Assembly (NCBI GenBank): GCA_024233455.1
Contig: JACKPP010000002.1
Location: forward strand, 98,825 to 162,824
Direction: 5' to 3'
DNA: 64,000 bases
Origin: Chlamydiales bacterium
GTDB taxonomy: Bacteria; Chlamydiota; Chlamydiia; Chlamydiales; JACKPQ01
Shown here: in pieces, positions 35,426 to 43,605 of the stretch
How positions within the stretch are numbered: position 1 is the first letter of the stretch
Layout of the letters: each line of letters begins with the position of its first letter
Position numbers and translations under genes: made by a program
The notes under the pieces: model-generated
Databases searched by the model: none
What the model saw: the letters and a program-made list of their open reading frames with translations, nothing else
What the model was told of the DNA's origin: nothing

Positions 35426-35605
35426 CCTTAACCTGAGTTATGGGTTTATATCATTCATCTTCAGGCATCTTAGGCGCCATCTTGCACCCTTTTTGTGCTC
35501 ATCTATAGCTTTTTGGCTATGGAATCGCAAAAAATGTCACAATCTGTCACCTAATCTACTCTGAATCTAAACAATCAAAACCCATAACTCAGGTTAACCT
35601 TAAGG
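35420..35605. repeat. 186-bp element bounded by 28-nt terminal inverted repeats (MITE-like or long-stem RNA)
   Basis: IR-L 35420-35447 is CCTTAACCTTAACCTGAGTTATGGGTTT. The reverse complement of IR-R 35578-35605 is CCTTAAGGTTAACCTGAGTTATGGGTTT. That is 26/28 matches, with the inner 20 nt perfect. The 130-nt interior holds CATCTT three times (35456, 35466, 35478) and TGTCAC twice. The arms include the stop codons of both convergent genes. Confidence 0.6.
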
Positions 35606-37891
35606 ACACGTGCCAGCATCGACAAACGTCACGTTGCCAGTTGTGGTGATACCACCTGGGAAAATGTTGCTTTGCGTGATAGCTTCAGAAGATGGCGCTG
35701 TGCTTGATTCCATTTGCAAACTAGAGGTGCCTCCAGTTGCTGATAGGTCAAGCGCTCCATTAGTCACATTTCCGGCGACTTTAGCGCACGTCATTGCCGA
35801 TGCAGTAACAGTAAATTTCAGCGCTTCAGTGTTTTGAGTTTGCATAACATTGTTCAGCACTTCAGCAAGCATTAAAGCGGTATTGGAGTTATTTAAACTA
35901 TTTGGATTCACCGACAAACATTTGTTGTTGTATAGATTTATCCTACTCATTCCACCCGTAGGACTCAATTGATCAAAGTTAAACGCAGCAACCGTTTGAC
36001 TCATAATCAAATTAGAATCGGCGATCAATGTATTATCATAGGTAACAGCGCCTGCACCTGGATTTAGATCTAGCGTAGCGAAACTGGCTCGACTAAACAT
36101 CACATTTTTACGAAATGTTAGTTGCATTTCAGCAGCTCCAGATGGAAATAACTCAATACATCCGCTCCCTAGAGTGTTCACCATGTGATTGTTCTCAAAT
36201 AGCCCGCGCATATCGGAAGCAGTTACTATATAGAACACTGGGCTAGATTGAGAAAACGTATTAGCTATAAACTGAACGCTAAGATGCGTATTAGCACTTT
36301 GCGCAATATTAAGGGCTGATTCAGTAAAACCAGAACTATTGGGTTGTGATAGGTTGTTATGCCCATAAACGCTCATGGCAGACGTGCCAGCAACGGTCAA
36401 AAAAAGCGTGGGCTTATCAGTATTGTCGATAAGTGTGTTGCCGGCCATTGCAGCACCAAGTTGCGCAGCATTGGTCGTATGGAATTCTAAACTAGCGCCA
36501 CCAGAGGTGTTACGCACACTATTGTCATTGACCACAGCTTGGTAGGTGTTGGCAGTTGACTCAACATTGATACCAATCCCAGTTAGATTATAGAGGGTAT
36601 TATTTATCAGAATACTTTGTCCGTCAATGGCATTCACTAAATTAATACCCACACCGGTGCTGCTAATCACGTTATCGGCGATAATGTAAGAGCCGCCTGA
36701 AACGCCAGTGTTATCGATGCCGTTATCTGTTGAGGTCGAAACGATATTCAAACCAGCAACCGTGTTGCTAGTTGACAGATTGACAGTGGGTCCTCCTGTA
36801 TTGCTAATTAAAGGTCGATTAGAAGAGAGGGCTGGCACCACAAAACCACCTAAGTCCATGGATGCACCTTCGCCATGAAAGCGTTGCTTGGCTTGAAGGG
36901 TTATTCCTGCATTCATACCGGTAGACGTACCGTCACCATTAAAGACGTAGATCACATCGCCGGGAGCTGAATTTGCCTGCGCCAATGCTAAGGTAGGATA
37001 AGGGCTTTCAAAAGTGCCGTTAGAGCTAGATGTATTCCTAACAAAGACAATGTTGAATGGAGGGATTTCGCGCACATTTTTAGATTGGACCGGAATGATT
37101 TCTTGCCGGTAGGGCAGTTGGTTACGTGCAAGGCACAAAGAATTAGCCGTGTCTTTGCGTTTGCGAAATGGAAAATTCACCGCAAAAGCGCCTTGCACTG
37201 TCCACTTGAAGATTTTATCATAGGTGGCAAGAGCGGTCATTTTATAGCTGTCAACAAGATTGAGCTCAACTCTTCCTTGACCACCAGCCGCTTTTCCTAG
37301 TTCTGCGCCATTCACGGTTTTTTTAAATAGGTAGTAAGGACCAAGGGCGCCATAGAGATCCCAATTGCCACAGCGTTTTCCAATAGGCATTGGAAAGCCA
37401 AGTTCCCCTTCAATCATGGGAAGCGCAGCTTTTAGGCGTCGATTAAAGATCGCACTATGGCCAGAAAATTTAACGAATTGGGGTGTGTTTTCATACTGAG
37501 TGTTGGCAATAGGACCGTAACCATTGATACGTGCATCTAAGTACTTCCAGAGAAACTCTAGTCCAGCGCCAAGTTGATGGGGATTGAGGTTATTGGCTTC
37601 TCGAAAGTCGTAGTAGAAGTTACCCCCAAGGGTAAAGTCAGACCAGTTATAGCGCAGACCGAGGCCGGCATTTGTAGCAAACTTGCCATTGTCGAAGACA
37701 TGCCCACGCAAATCTAAAAAAGGCAAAAGGTTGTTTTTCCACTTGGGCGCTAAAAAAAGTTCAGCTGTGGTGTAACCGGTGTTGTAGCCAATTCCATTAT
37801 GCTCGCGGTGCTTAAGAACAGCTTGTGAGCTGCTGGGATCTGCAGCAAGAGTCAGTGTGCCCAGCGTTAGGGCGGCAAGTGTTTTCTTCAT
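35600..37891 (-). CDS. inverse autotransporter (intimin/invasin-type N-terminal beta-barrel) with parallel beta-helix passenger
   Basis: Signal peptide MKKTLAALTLGTLTLAA. The barrel block NAGLGLRYNW..LGGNFYYDFRE...QLGAGLEFLWKYLDARINGYGPI fits the IAT beta-domain pattern N.GlG.R...lG.N.fYD....G.G.E....l..NgY.P. The C-terminal ~480 aa are N/T/G-rich ~22-25-aa repeats (..VAGLNIVSTSTDNGIDNTG..IADNVISSTGVGINLVN..LINNTLYNLTGIGINVES..). The track start is GTG 37897; the ATG is at 37891. Confidence 0.72.
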   Translation of the reverse strand: MKKTLAALTLGTLTLAADPSSSQAVLKHREHNGIGYNTGYTTAELFLAPKWKNNLLPFLDLRGHVFDNGKFATNAGLGLRYNWSDFTLGGNFYYDFREANNLNPHQLGAGLEFLWKYLDARINGYGPIANTQYENTPQFVKFSGHSAIFNRRLKAALPMIEGELGFPMPIGKRCGNWDLYGALGPYYLFKKTVNGAELGKAAGGQGRVELNLVDSYKMTALATYDKIFKWTVQGAFAVNFPFRKRKDTANSLCLARNQLPYRQEIIPVQSKNVREIPPFNIVFVRNTSSSNGTFESPYPTLALAQANSAPGDVIYVFNGDGTSTGMNAGITLQAKQRFHGEGASMDLGGFVVPALSSNRPLISNTGGPTVNLSTSNTVAGLNIVSTSTDNGIDNTGVSGGSYIIADNVISSTGVGINLVNAIDGQSILINNTLYNLTGIGINVESTANTYQAVVNDNSVRNTSGGASLEFHTTNAAQLGAAMAGNTLIDNTDKPTLFLTVAGTSAMSVYGHNNLSQPNSSGFTESALNIAQSANTHLSVQFIANTFSQSSPVFYIVTASDMRGLFENNHMVNTLGSGCIELFPSGAAEMQLTFRKNVMFSRASFATLDLNPGAGAVTYDNTLIADSNLIMSQTVAAFNFDQLSPTGGMSRINLYNNKCLSVNPNSLNNSNTALMLAEVLNNVMQTQNTEALKFTVTASAMTCAKVAGNVTNGALDLSATGGTSSLQMESSTAPSSEAITQSNIFPGGITTTGNVTFVDAGTCP

Positions 37892-37918
37892 ATTCACTTA
37901 TATAAAAACAGCTGGAAA

Positions 37919-38902
37919 TTAAAGCAACCACCAAGTCGCTAGACTAAGGTAAATAGCCGTTGTGAAAACATCGGCAAACATTAAAACAACAGGACCTGCG
38001 GCTACCTTGGGATCCCAACTGCGTGCGTGCAAGATGACTGGAACTGCAGCCCCAATTGTTGCAGTTAAAATCACCGATAGAAAAATACCAGAGCCAATGG
38101 TAATTGCCGGTCCATAACCCCCAGACCAAAAGGTGGAGATTATCCCAACCACAAGGGCGCAAGTAAACGAAATAAGGACCAGAGCTCGACTCTCGTAAAT
38201 GATCCGACGCATAAAAAATTTCCAGTCGAAATGCGTATGGCGCCTGAGTATTTGTAAACTTTGAGTCATTGATTGCATAGAGATCGATTCGGAAAGAGTT
38301 AAAATAAGCGGAATAAACATAGCTAGGATGATAACTTGAGCTAAAACTGCTTCGTAATATCTAGAGATGACCGCGCAAGCAATACCACCAAACATATTGC
38401 AAAAAATCCAAGGCATGCGCGTGCGGTAGCTTTGCCAAGGGGTCATCTTGCGCCCCTCTTCTAGGTACACCCCGAGCATCTGAAAGATATCACCTCGTCT
38501 TTGGGAATGGGCGATATCTAAATTTTCTTCAAAGTAGAGCTGCACATCGACAATGCCTAGAAATTTTCCAGCTTCATCGACCACTGGGAAAGCAAGCAAA
38601 TGGTGTTTTCCAAAATGCTCCATGGCCTCTTGCAGCGACTGGGTGTCTTTTAGTGCCACAAAATCTGTATCCATCGCTTTTGAAATCTGCAAGTCAGACG
38701 GCTTTAGAAGCAAAGTCCGAGAAGAAATAACCCCTTTAAGTACGCCGGCGTCATCTACAACATAAAAGTAGACGATTTTGTCATGGATATCTTTTTGACG
38801 CAAAATATCTAGCGCTTCATCAATCGTGTGATCGGGATGCACCGTTGTATGGACATCCGTAATAAAGTTCTTAATCGGCTGAGATAGATCACGGTGCGAC
38901 AT
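37919..38902 (-). CDS. MgtE-like divalent-cation transporter lacking the N-terminal MgtE_N domain (CBS pair plus 5-TM domain)
   Basis: CBS-pair sequence (..VYFYVVDDAGVLKGVISSRTLL.., ..LLAFPVVDEAGKFLGIVDV..) is followed by an MgtE-type TM domain (..LAMFIPLILTLSESISMQS.., ..DPKVAAGPVVLMFADVFT..). At 327 aa it is about 120 aa shorter than canonical MgtE. Confidence 0.78.
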   Translation of the reverse strand: MSHRDLSQPIKNFITDVHTTVHPDHTIDEALDILRQKDIHDKIVYFYVVDDAGVLKGVISSRTLLLKPSDLQISKAMDTDFVALKDTQSLQEAMEHFGKHHLLAFPVVDEAGKFLGIVDVQLYFEENLDIAHSQRRGDIFQMLGVYLEEGRKMTPWQSYRTRMPWIFCNMFGGIACAVISRYYEAVLAQVIILAMFIPLILTLSESISMQSMTQSLQILRRHTHFDWKFFMRRIIYESRALVLISFTCALVVGIISTFWSGGYGPAITIGSGIFLSVILTATIGAAVPVILHARSWDPKVAAGPVVLMFADVFTTAIYLSLATWWLL

Positions 38903-40460
38903 GAGTGGCCCGTCCTTTTCCTAGTTCTACAATTTGTGGGTCAACGCTATTATTTTTCCAGTCATACACAAGCTGAGTATTGGTTTCAATAGATGCAATG
39001 TCAAATGTATTTCCAAATACCACAAGCTGAGCCCGCGGCGCATCAGTGTTTAGCTTGAGTGAAAAATTTTCCAAGGTATTTTGAGAAAGACGCACATCGC
39101 AGGAAGCCTGGTCAAAACATTCAAAACAAGCAGATCCTTTGGCTCGGCAATGGATCATTTGGGCTGTCATCGTGGCCTCATCGTGAATCTTTAGGTCCAA
39201 ACCGCTATTGAAAACACTATTTTGAGCGGTAAAAGACACATCGGCCTGCGCATCTGTAACGACTACATTTTCAATTTCACTAAATGCTAAAACGACATTT
39301 TTACCTTTGAAGGTGACATTTTTGATATTAAAGCCGGCAGCTTGGGTATTGTCTGCGAAAATAACGCTCTCGATGTGAGGGAATTGATTCGGTGAAGAAG
39401 CCAAAAATCCGCTGCCACCAGAAATAAACGGCAATGCGCTGCTATGTAGTATTTGTTTGGGCTTGAGCGTAAGAGTTCCGCTGTAAAGATCGCCGTCATT
39501 ATAATCCACGTAGAGGATATCGCCTTCCTTAGATTCTACTTCTGCTCTTTTTAGATCTTGGACTTTATTAACGATGACAAAATGAGCCGGTTTACCCGTG
39601 AGCGGGTTCAAAAGCGGCATGTTGCGCTCCGGATCTTGAATAGGAATAATCTCGTGGCGCACAATGGGCTGGGTAATAAGTGAGCAAAGGACATCATTGG
39701 CACCTTGACGCCCTAAATTACGTGGACCAAGCGGCATCCGTAAAGCAAGCATACCTTGAACGGTAGTTTGAAAAATTTTATCGTAGGTGACCGCGCATTC
39801 TACTTGTAAAATTTTGGACAGAGTGGCAGATAGCCTCGCCTCCCCTCCCCACGAACCGCCAAGCGAAAATCCGTGCGTCCTTCGCTGAAAAAGATAATAG
39901 GGGCCTGCTGCCGCGTAAAGAAAAAAGGCATTGCACCTCTCAAAAAAAGGCACGCCCAACTCCCCATTGACCACTGGAAGCGCTGCTGATGCTTCTTCCT
40001 TATAAGAGGCAGTTTGACCGTGGATGTACGCTGGGTAGCGTTTAAAAAATGTATCATCACTAAAAGGCACATAACCGTTTAAGCGTATATCAAATAAATC
40101 GGTTAAAGCTTCAAAACCGACGCCTATTTGGCTAGGACTCAGATCATCAGCACTGCGGTAATCGTAAAATCCATTTAAGCCGAAGATGCAGCTATCGGTC
40201 ATGGGGCATCGCAAGCCCAGGCCACCGTTAAAGGCAAATCTGCCATCGTTCATCACATGAAAACGGAGATTAGCAAAAGGGAGAAAATCATGGCGCCAAA
40301 TAGGGGCTAAAAATAGATCGCCGCTGGAATAGCCTTTTTCATAGCCAATCCCTTTTTGCTCTCTATGCTTGATCGAAAGCCTAGACATAGTCGACTGTTC
40401 TTTTAAACTACCGGCAGTGAGTGCAAAGGTAAAAAAAACTGCCATAAAATATTTTAACAT
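38889..40460 (-). CDS. inverse autotransporter paralogue (N-terminal beta-barrel plus shorter beta-rich passenger)
   Basis: Signal peptide MLKYFMAVFFTFALTAG. The barrel aligns with 35600-37891: HREQKGIGYEKGYSSGDLFLAP/HREHNGIGYNTGYTTAELFLAP, NGGLGLRCP..GLNGFYDYRS..IGVGFEAL..DIRLNGYVPF, AVTYDKIFQTTVQGM/LATYDKIFKWTVQGA. The 3' end overlaps the mgtE-like start by 14 nt. Confidence 0.7.
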   Translation of the reverse strand: MLKYFMAVFFTFALTAGSLKEQSTMSRLSIKHREQKGIGYEKGYSSGDLFLAPIWRHDFLPFANLRFHVMNDGRFAFNGGLGLRCPMTDSCIFGLNGFYDYRSADDLSPSQIGVGFEALTDLFDIRLNGYVPFSDDTFFKRYPAYIHGQTASYKEEASAALPVVNGELGVPFFERCNAFFLYAAAGPYYLFQRRTHGFSLGGSWGGEARLSATLSKILQVECAVTYDKIFQTTVQGMLALRMPLGPRNLGRQGANDVLCSLITQPIVRHEIIPIQDPERNMPLLNPLTGKPAHFVIVNKVQDLKRAEVESKEGDILYVDYNDGDLYSGTLTLKPKQILHSSALPFISGGSGFLASSPNQFPHIESVIFADNTQAAGFNIKNVTFKGKNVVLAFSEIENVVVTDAQADVSFTAQNSVFNSGLDLKIHDEATMTAQMIHCRAKGSACFECFDQASCDVRLSQNTLENFSLKLNTDAPRAQLVVFGNTFDIASIETNTQLVYDWKNNSVDPQIVELGKGRATHVAP

Positions 40461-40515
40461 AGACCAGAGGTTAGTCGATGGTGACCTTTAATTTCAAGGA
40501 TGTTAGACTAGCATT

Positions 40516-41223
40516 ATGGCTAAAACATCATGGGAAGACGCGGCAAAGTGGTACGATAAAATCACCAATGAAAAAGGGCATTATTATCACCAAGCGGTGA
40601 TCATGCCCAAGCTCAAAAAGATGCTTAAAAAAAGCGTATTGGACTTAGCGTGTGGCAATGGGGCACTAGCTGGCAATGTCAAATGCGACTACGTTGGTCT
40701 CGACGCCTCCAAAACCCTTATCAGAGCAGCGCAGGCCAATCACCCCAAGTCCAAATTCTACACCAAAGATGTCACTCAACCTTTAGACCTAAAGCAAGCG
40801 TTTCATTTTGTAACCTGCATTCTGGCATTGCAAAACATCGCCGAGCCCCTCGCACTTCTAAAAAATGCCCATGCGCATTTGGAAGCCGATGGGCAACTGA
40901 TTTTAGTGCTTAACCACCCCTGCTTTCGCATTCCTCGTCAATCCCATTGGGGCGTAGATTCTGAGAAAAAGCTGCAGTATCGACGCATTGAACGCTATAT
41001 GAGTGAAATGGAAATACCCATTCAAGTAGGCAGGGCCAAACTGCTCACATTTCATCACCCGCTATCGTTTTATTTTGATCTTCTTAAACAAAGCGGATTT
41101 CAAACGCTTGATGTACAAGAGTGGTGCTCTGACAAAAAGTCGACTGGAGCTGCCGCTAAAATGGAAAACCGAGCACGGGAAGAGTTTCCCCTGTTTTTGA
41201 CAATCATCGCCAAAAAGTGTTAA
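40516..41223 (+). CDS. class I SAM-dependent methyltransferase
   Basis: Motif I VLDLACGNGALAG, plus post-I/II spacing typical of Methyltransf_11/25-type enzymes. The substrate is unknown. Confidence 0.78.
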   Translation: MAKTSWEDAAKWYDKITNEKGHYYHQAVIMPKLKKMLKKSVLDLACGNGALAGNVKCDYVGLDASKTLIRAAQANHPKSKFYTKDVTQPLDLKQAFHFVTCILALQNIAEPLALLKNAHAHLEADGQLILVLNHPCFRIPRQSHWGVDSEKKLQYRRIERYMSEMEIPIQVGRAKLLTFHHPLSFYFDLLKQSGFQTLDVQEWCSDKKSTGAAAKMENRAREEFPLFLTIIAKKC

Positions 41224-41233
41224 ATCAGTTCAT

Positions 41234-43057
41234 ATGTGTGGAATATTTGGTTATATCGGATCATCGAAAGATGCCAAGCGGGCGTCGCAAGTCTGCTTAG
41301 AAGGACTAAAAAAACTCGAATACCGGGGCTATGACTCAGCTGGCATCGCCGGCATCCTAGAAGGCCAGATTCAGTCGAGCAAACAAGTTGGAAAAGTTGC
41401 ACTCTTAGAAGAGCTTTTGGCATCCTCTAAGGTTCCAACTGGAGCTACTGTCGCTCACACCAGGTGGGCCACACATGGCATCCCCTCAACGCAAAATGCG
41501 CATCCGCATTTTGATCCTGGAAGATCGCTTGCTATCGTCCATAACGGCATCATCGAAAACTTTCAAGAACTCAAACTTAAGTGTAGCGGTGGAAAGTTTG
41601 AAACCGACACCGACAGCGAAGTGGTGGCTCATCTTATCAGCCAAGCCTACGATGGGGACTTGTTACAAGCGGTAAGCTCGGTTACCGAAAAACTTGAAGG
41701 TTCCTACGCTTTAGCAGTGGTACATAAAATGCATCCGGATGAAATTGTTGTCACTGCGTTTGAAAGCCCGCTTGCTATCGGCATCGGCGAAGACGAATGC
41801 TTTATCGCCTCTGATGCGCACGCCTTTCAGGGATCTAACGTGCAAGTTGCTTTTTTGAGCCACGGTGAAATCGCCAGATGCCAAAAAGACAAGGTTGAAG
41901 TTTTTGATCGGCTAGGCCGTCCGATTCAAAAGTCCTTTATCAGCCTGAATCTGGCCAGCGAAACTCTGTCCAAAAACGGTTTTGATCACTACATGCTCAA
42001 AGAAATTCACGAGCAGCCCCAAACACTTCAGCACGCCTTAGATGGACGCTATAGCGACGAATTTGGCACGGCGCAATTTGAAGAACTTAAATTTTCCGCA
42101 CAGAAAGTACAGCGTATCCTCATTTTAGGCTGTGGCACTTCCTGGCATGCCGGGTTGCTTGGAGCATCGCTCATTGAAAGCCTAGCTCGCATCTCGTGTC
42201 AGGCCGAAATAGCTTCTGAATTTCGCTATACCAATCCCATCATCGACGAGCATACACTCGTAGTGGCCATCAGCCAATCAGGAGAGACAGCCGACACCCT
42301 CGCTGCTGTGCGCGAGGCTAAAGCAAAAGGGGCCAAAGTCATCGGCCTTTGCAATGTCCCCCATTCCACCCTCACGCGAGAGGCCAACCACGTCATCTTT
42401 TTGTGCGCCGGCCAAGAAGTTTCGGTCTGCTCTACCAAAGCTTTTACCAGCCAGCTCATCACCTTGGCCCTCTTTGCCCTTCACTTAGCACGTCAACGGC
42501 ATATGAGCAAAGAAGATGGTATCGCCTTTTTAAATCAGCTTAAAAACCTACCATTGAAAGTAAGGCAAGTCATCGCACACGCCAAAGCCATTGAAAAAGT
42601 CGCGGTCAAATACAGCTCTTTTGAAGACTTTTTCTTTTTGGGACGCAGGTACATGTACCCAACCTGTCTAGAAGCTGCACTTAAACTCAAAGAAATTAGC
42701 TACCTCAATGCCATTGGGTATCCTGCAGGTGAGATGAAACACGGACCCATAGCGCTTGTGGGCCCAGCGCTTGCAGTGGTCTCGCTTTGTGGCAATCGAC
42801 AAACCAAAGACAAGATTCTCTCCAATTTAATGGAAATCAAAGCCAGGTCAAGTCCAATCCTAGTTTTTGCACCGGAAGGAGAGACACTCTACGACTCCGT
42901 TGCAACTGACACGGTCTACCTGCCACCGATTTGCGATGAGCTAGCCTCCATCCCCTACTCAGTGGCCCTCCAACTATTTGCTTACTTTGTGGCCCGAGAA
43001 AAAGGGACCGATATTGATCAACCACGTAACCTGGCCAAATCCGTTACTGTCGAATGA
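41234..43057 (+). CDS. glmS: glutamine--fructose-6-phosphate aminotransferase (isomerizing)
   Basis: MCGIFGYIG has the Ntn Cys2. There are two SIS domains (..GCGTSWHAG.., ..ISQSGETADT..) and the canonical C-terminus ..PRNLAKSVTVE. Length 607 aa. Confidence 0.95.
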   Translation: MCGIFGYIGSSKDAKRASQVCLEGLKKLEYRGYDSAGIAGILEGQIQSSKQVGKVALLEELLASSKVPTGATVAHTRWATHGIPSTQNAHPHFDPGRSLAIVHNGIIENFQELKLKCSGGKFETDTDSEVVAHLISQAYDGDLLQAVSSVTEKLEGSYALAVVHKMHPDEIVVTAFESPLAIGIGEDECFIASDAHAFQGSNVQVAFLSHGEIARCQKDKVEVFDRLGRPIQKSFISLNLASETLSKNGFDHYMLKEIHEQPQTLQHALDGRYSDEFGTAQFEELKFSAQKVQRILILGCGTSWHAGLLGASLIESLARISCQAEIASEFRYTNPIIDEHTLVVAISQSGETADTLAAVREAKAKGAKVIGLCNVPHSTLTREANHVIFLCAGQEVSVCSTKAFTSQLITLALFALHLARQRHMSKEDGIAFLNQLKNLPLKVRQVIAHAKAIEKVAVKYSSFEDFFFLGRRYMYPTCLEAALKLKEISYLNAIGYPAGEMKHGPIALVGPALAVVSLCGNRQTKDKILSNLMEIKARSSPILVFAPEGETLYDSVATDTVYLPPICDELASIPYSVALQLFAYFVAREKGTDIDQPRNLAKSVTVE

Positions 43058-43605
43058 AAAAAAGCAAAGCCCATCTTTACGCCCAAAAACAAACCACAAC
43101 ACCCACGCACATAACTACTGCTTACCAAGGACACCACATCGATGTTCAGGTCGAAACGGTAGACCTTCCAGAAGGCCCAAAAACCTACGATCTTGTGTGC
43201 CATCCGGGGGCTGTAGCCATCCTTCCTATTACCGATGATGGCCGCATCATTCTCATTGAACAATGGCGACGTGCCATCAAACAAATTTTGCTTGAAATTC
43301 CAGCTGGCACTTTAGAGCCCGGTGAAGACCCTGAGCTTTGTGCTATACGTGAGCTGCAAGAAGAAATAGGCTACAAACCCACCAAACTCACTCTAATGGC
43401 TACATTTTTTTCTGCCCCGGGTTTTTGTAACGAAAAAATCCATCTCTACCTAGCCACAGGACTCATTCCATCTAAGCTGACTGGTGATGATACAGACTGT
43501 ATCGATACCGTCTACTACACGCTAGATGAGCTCAACGACCTCATTCAAAAAGGGCTTATCCACGATGCTAAAACCTTAATTGCACTCAAACTCTATGGAA
43601 AATAA
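43054..43605 (+). CDS. NUDIX hydrolase (ADP-ribose pyrophosphatase-like)
   Basis: Nudix box GTLEPGEDPELCAIRELQEEIGY. The ATG overlaps the glmS stop (ATGA). Confidence 0.85.
   Translation: MKKSKAHLYAQKQTTTPTHITTAYQGHHIDVQVETVDLPEGPKTYDLVCHPGAVAILPITDDGRIILIEQWRRAIKQILLEIPAGTLEPGEDPELCAIRELQEEIGYKPTKLTLMATFFSAPGFCNEKIHLYLATGLIPSKLTGDDTDCIDTVYYTLDELNDLIQKGLIHDAKTLIALKLYGK

Noticed and set aside
40431-40438. A8/T8 homopolymer inside the signal-peptide codons of the inverse autotransporter 38889-40460, together with the A9 tract at 13966-13974 in the yjdF-like gene, considered as phase-variation slippage sites.
   Set aside because: Tracts of 8-9 nt are at the low end for slipped-strand switching. 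The reading frames are intact, and the A9 tract simply encodes the poly-Lys tail. No population data are available.
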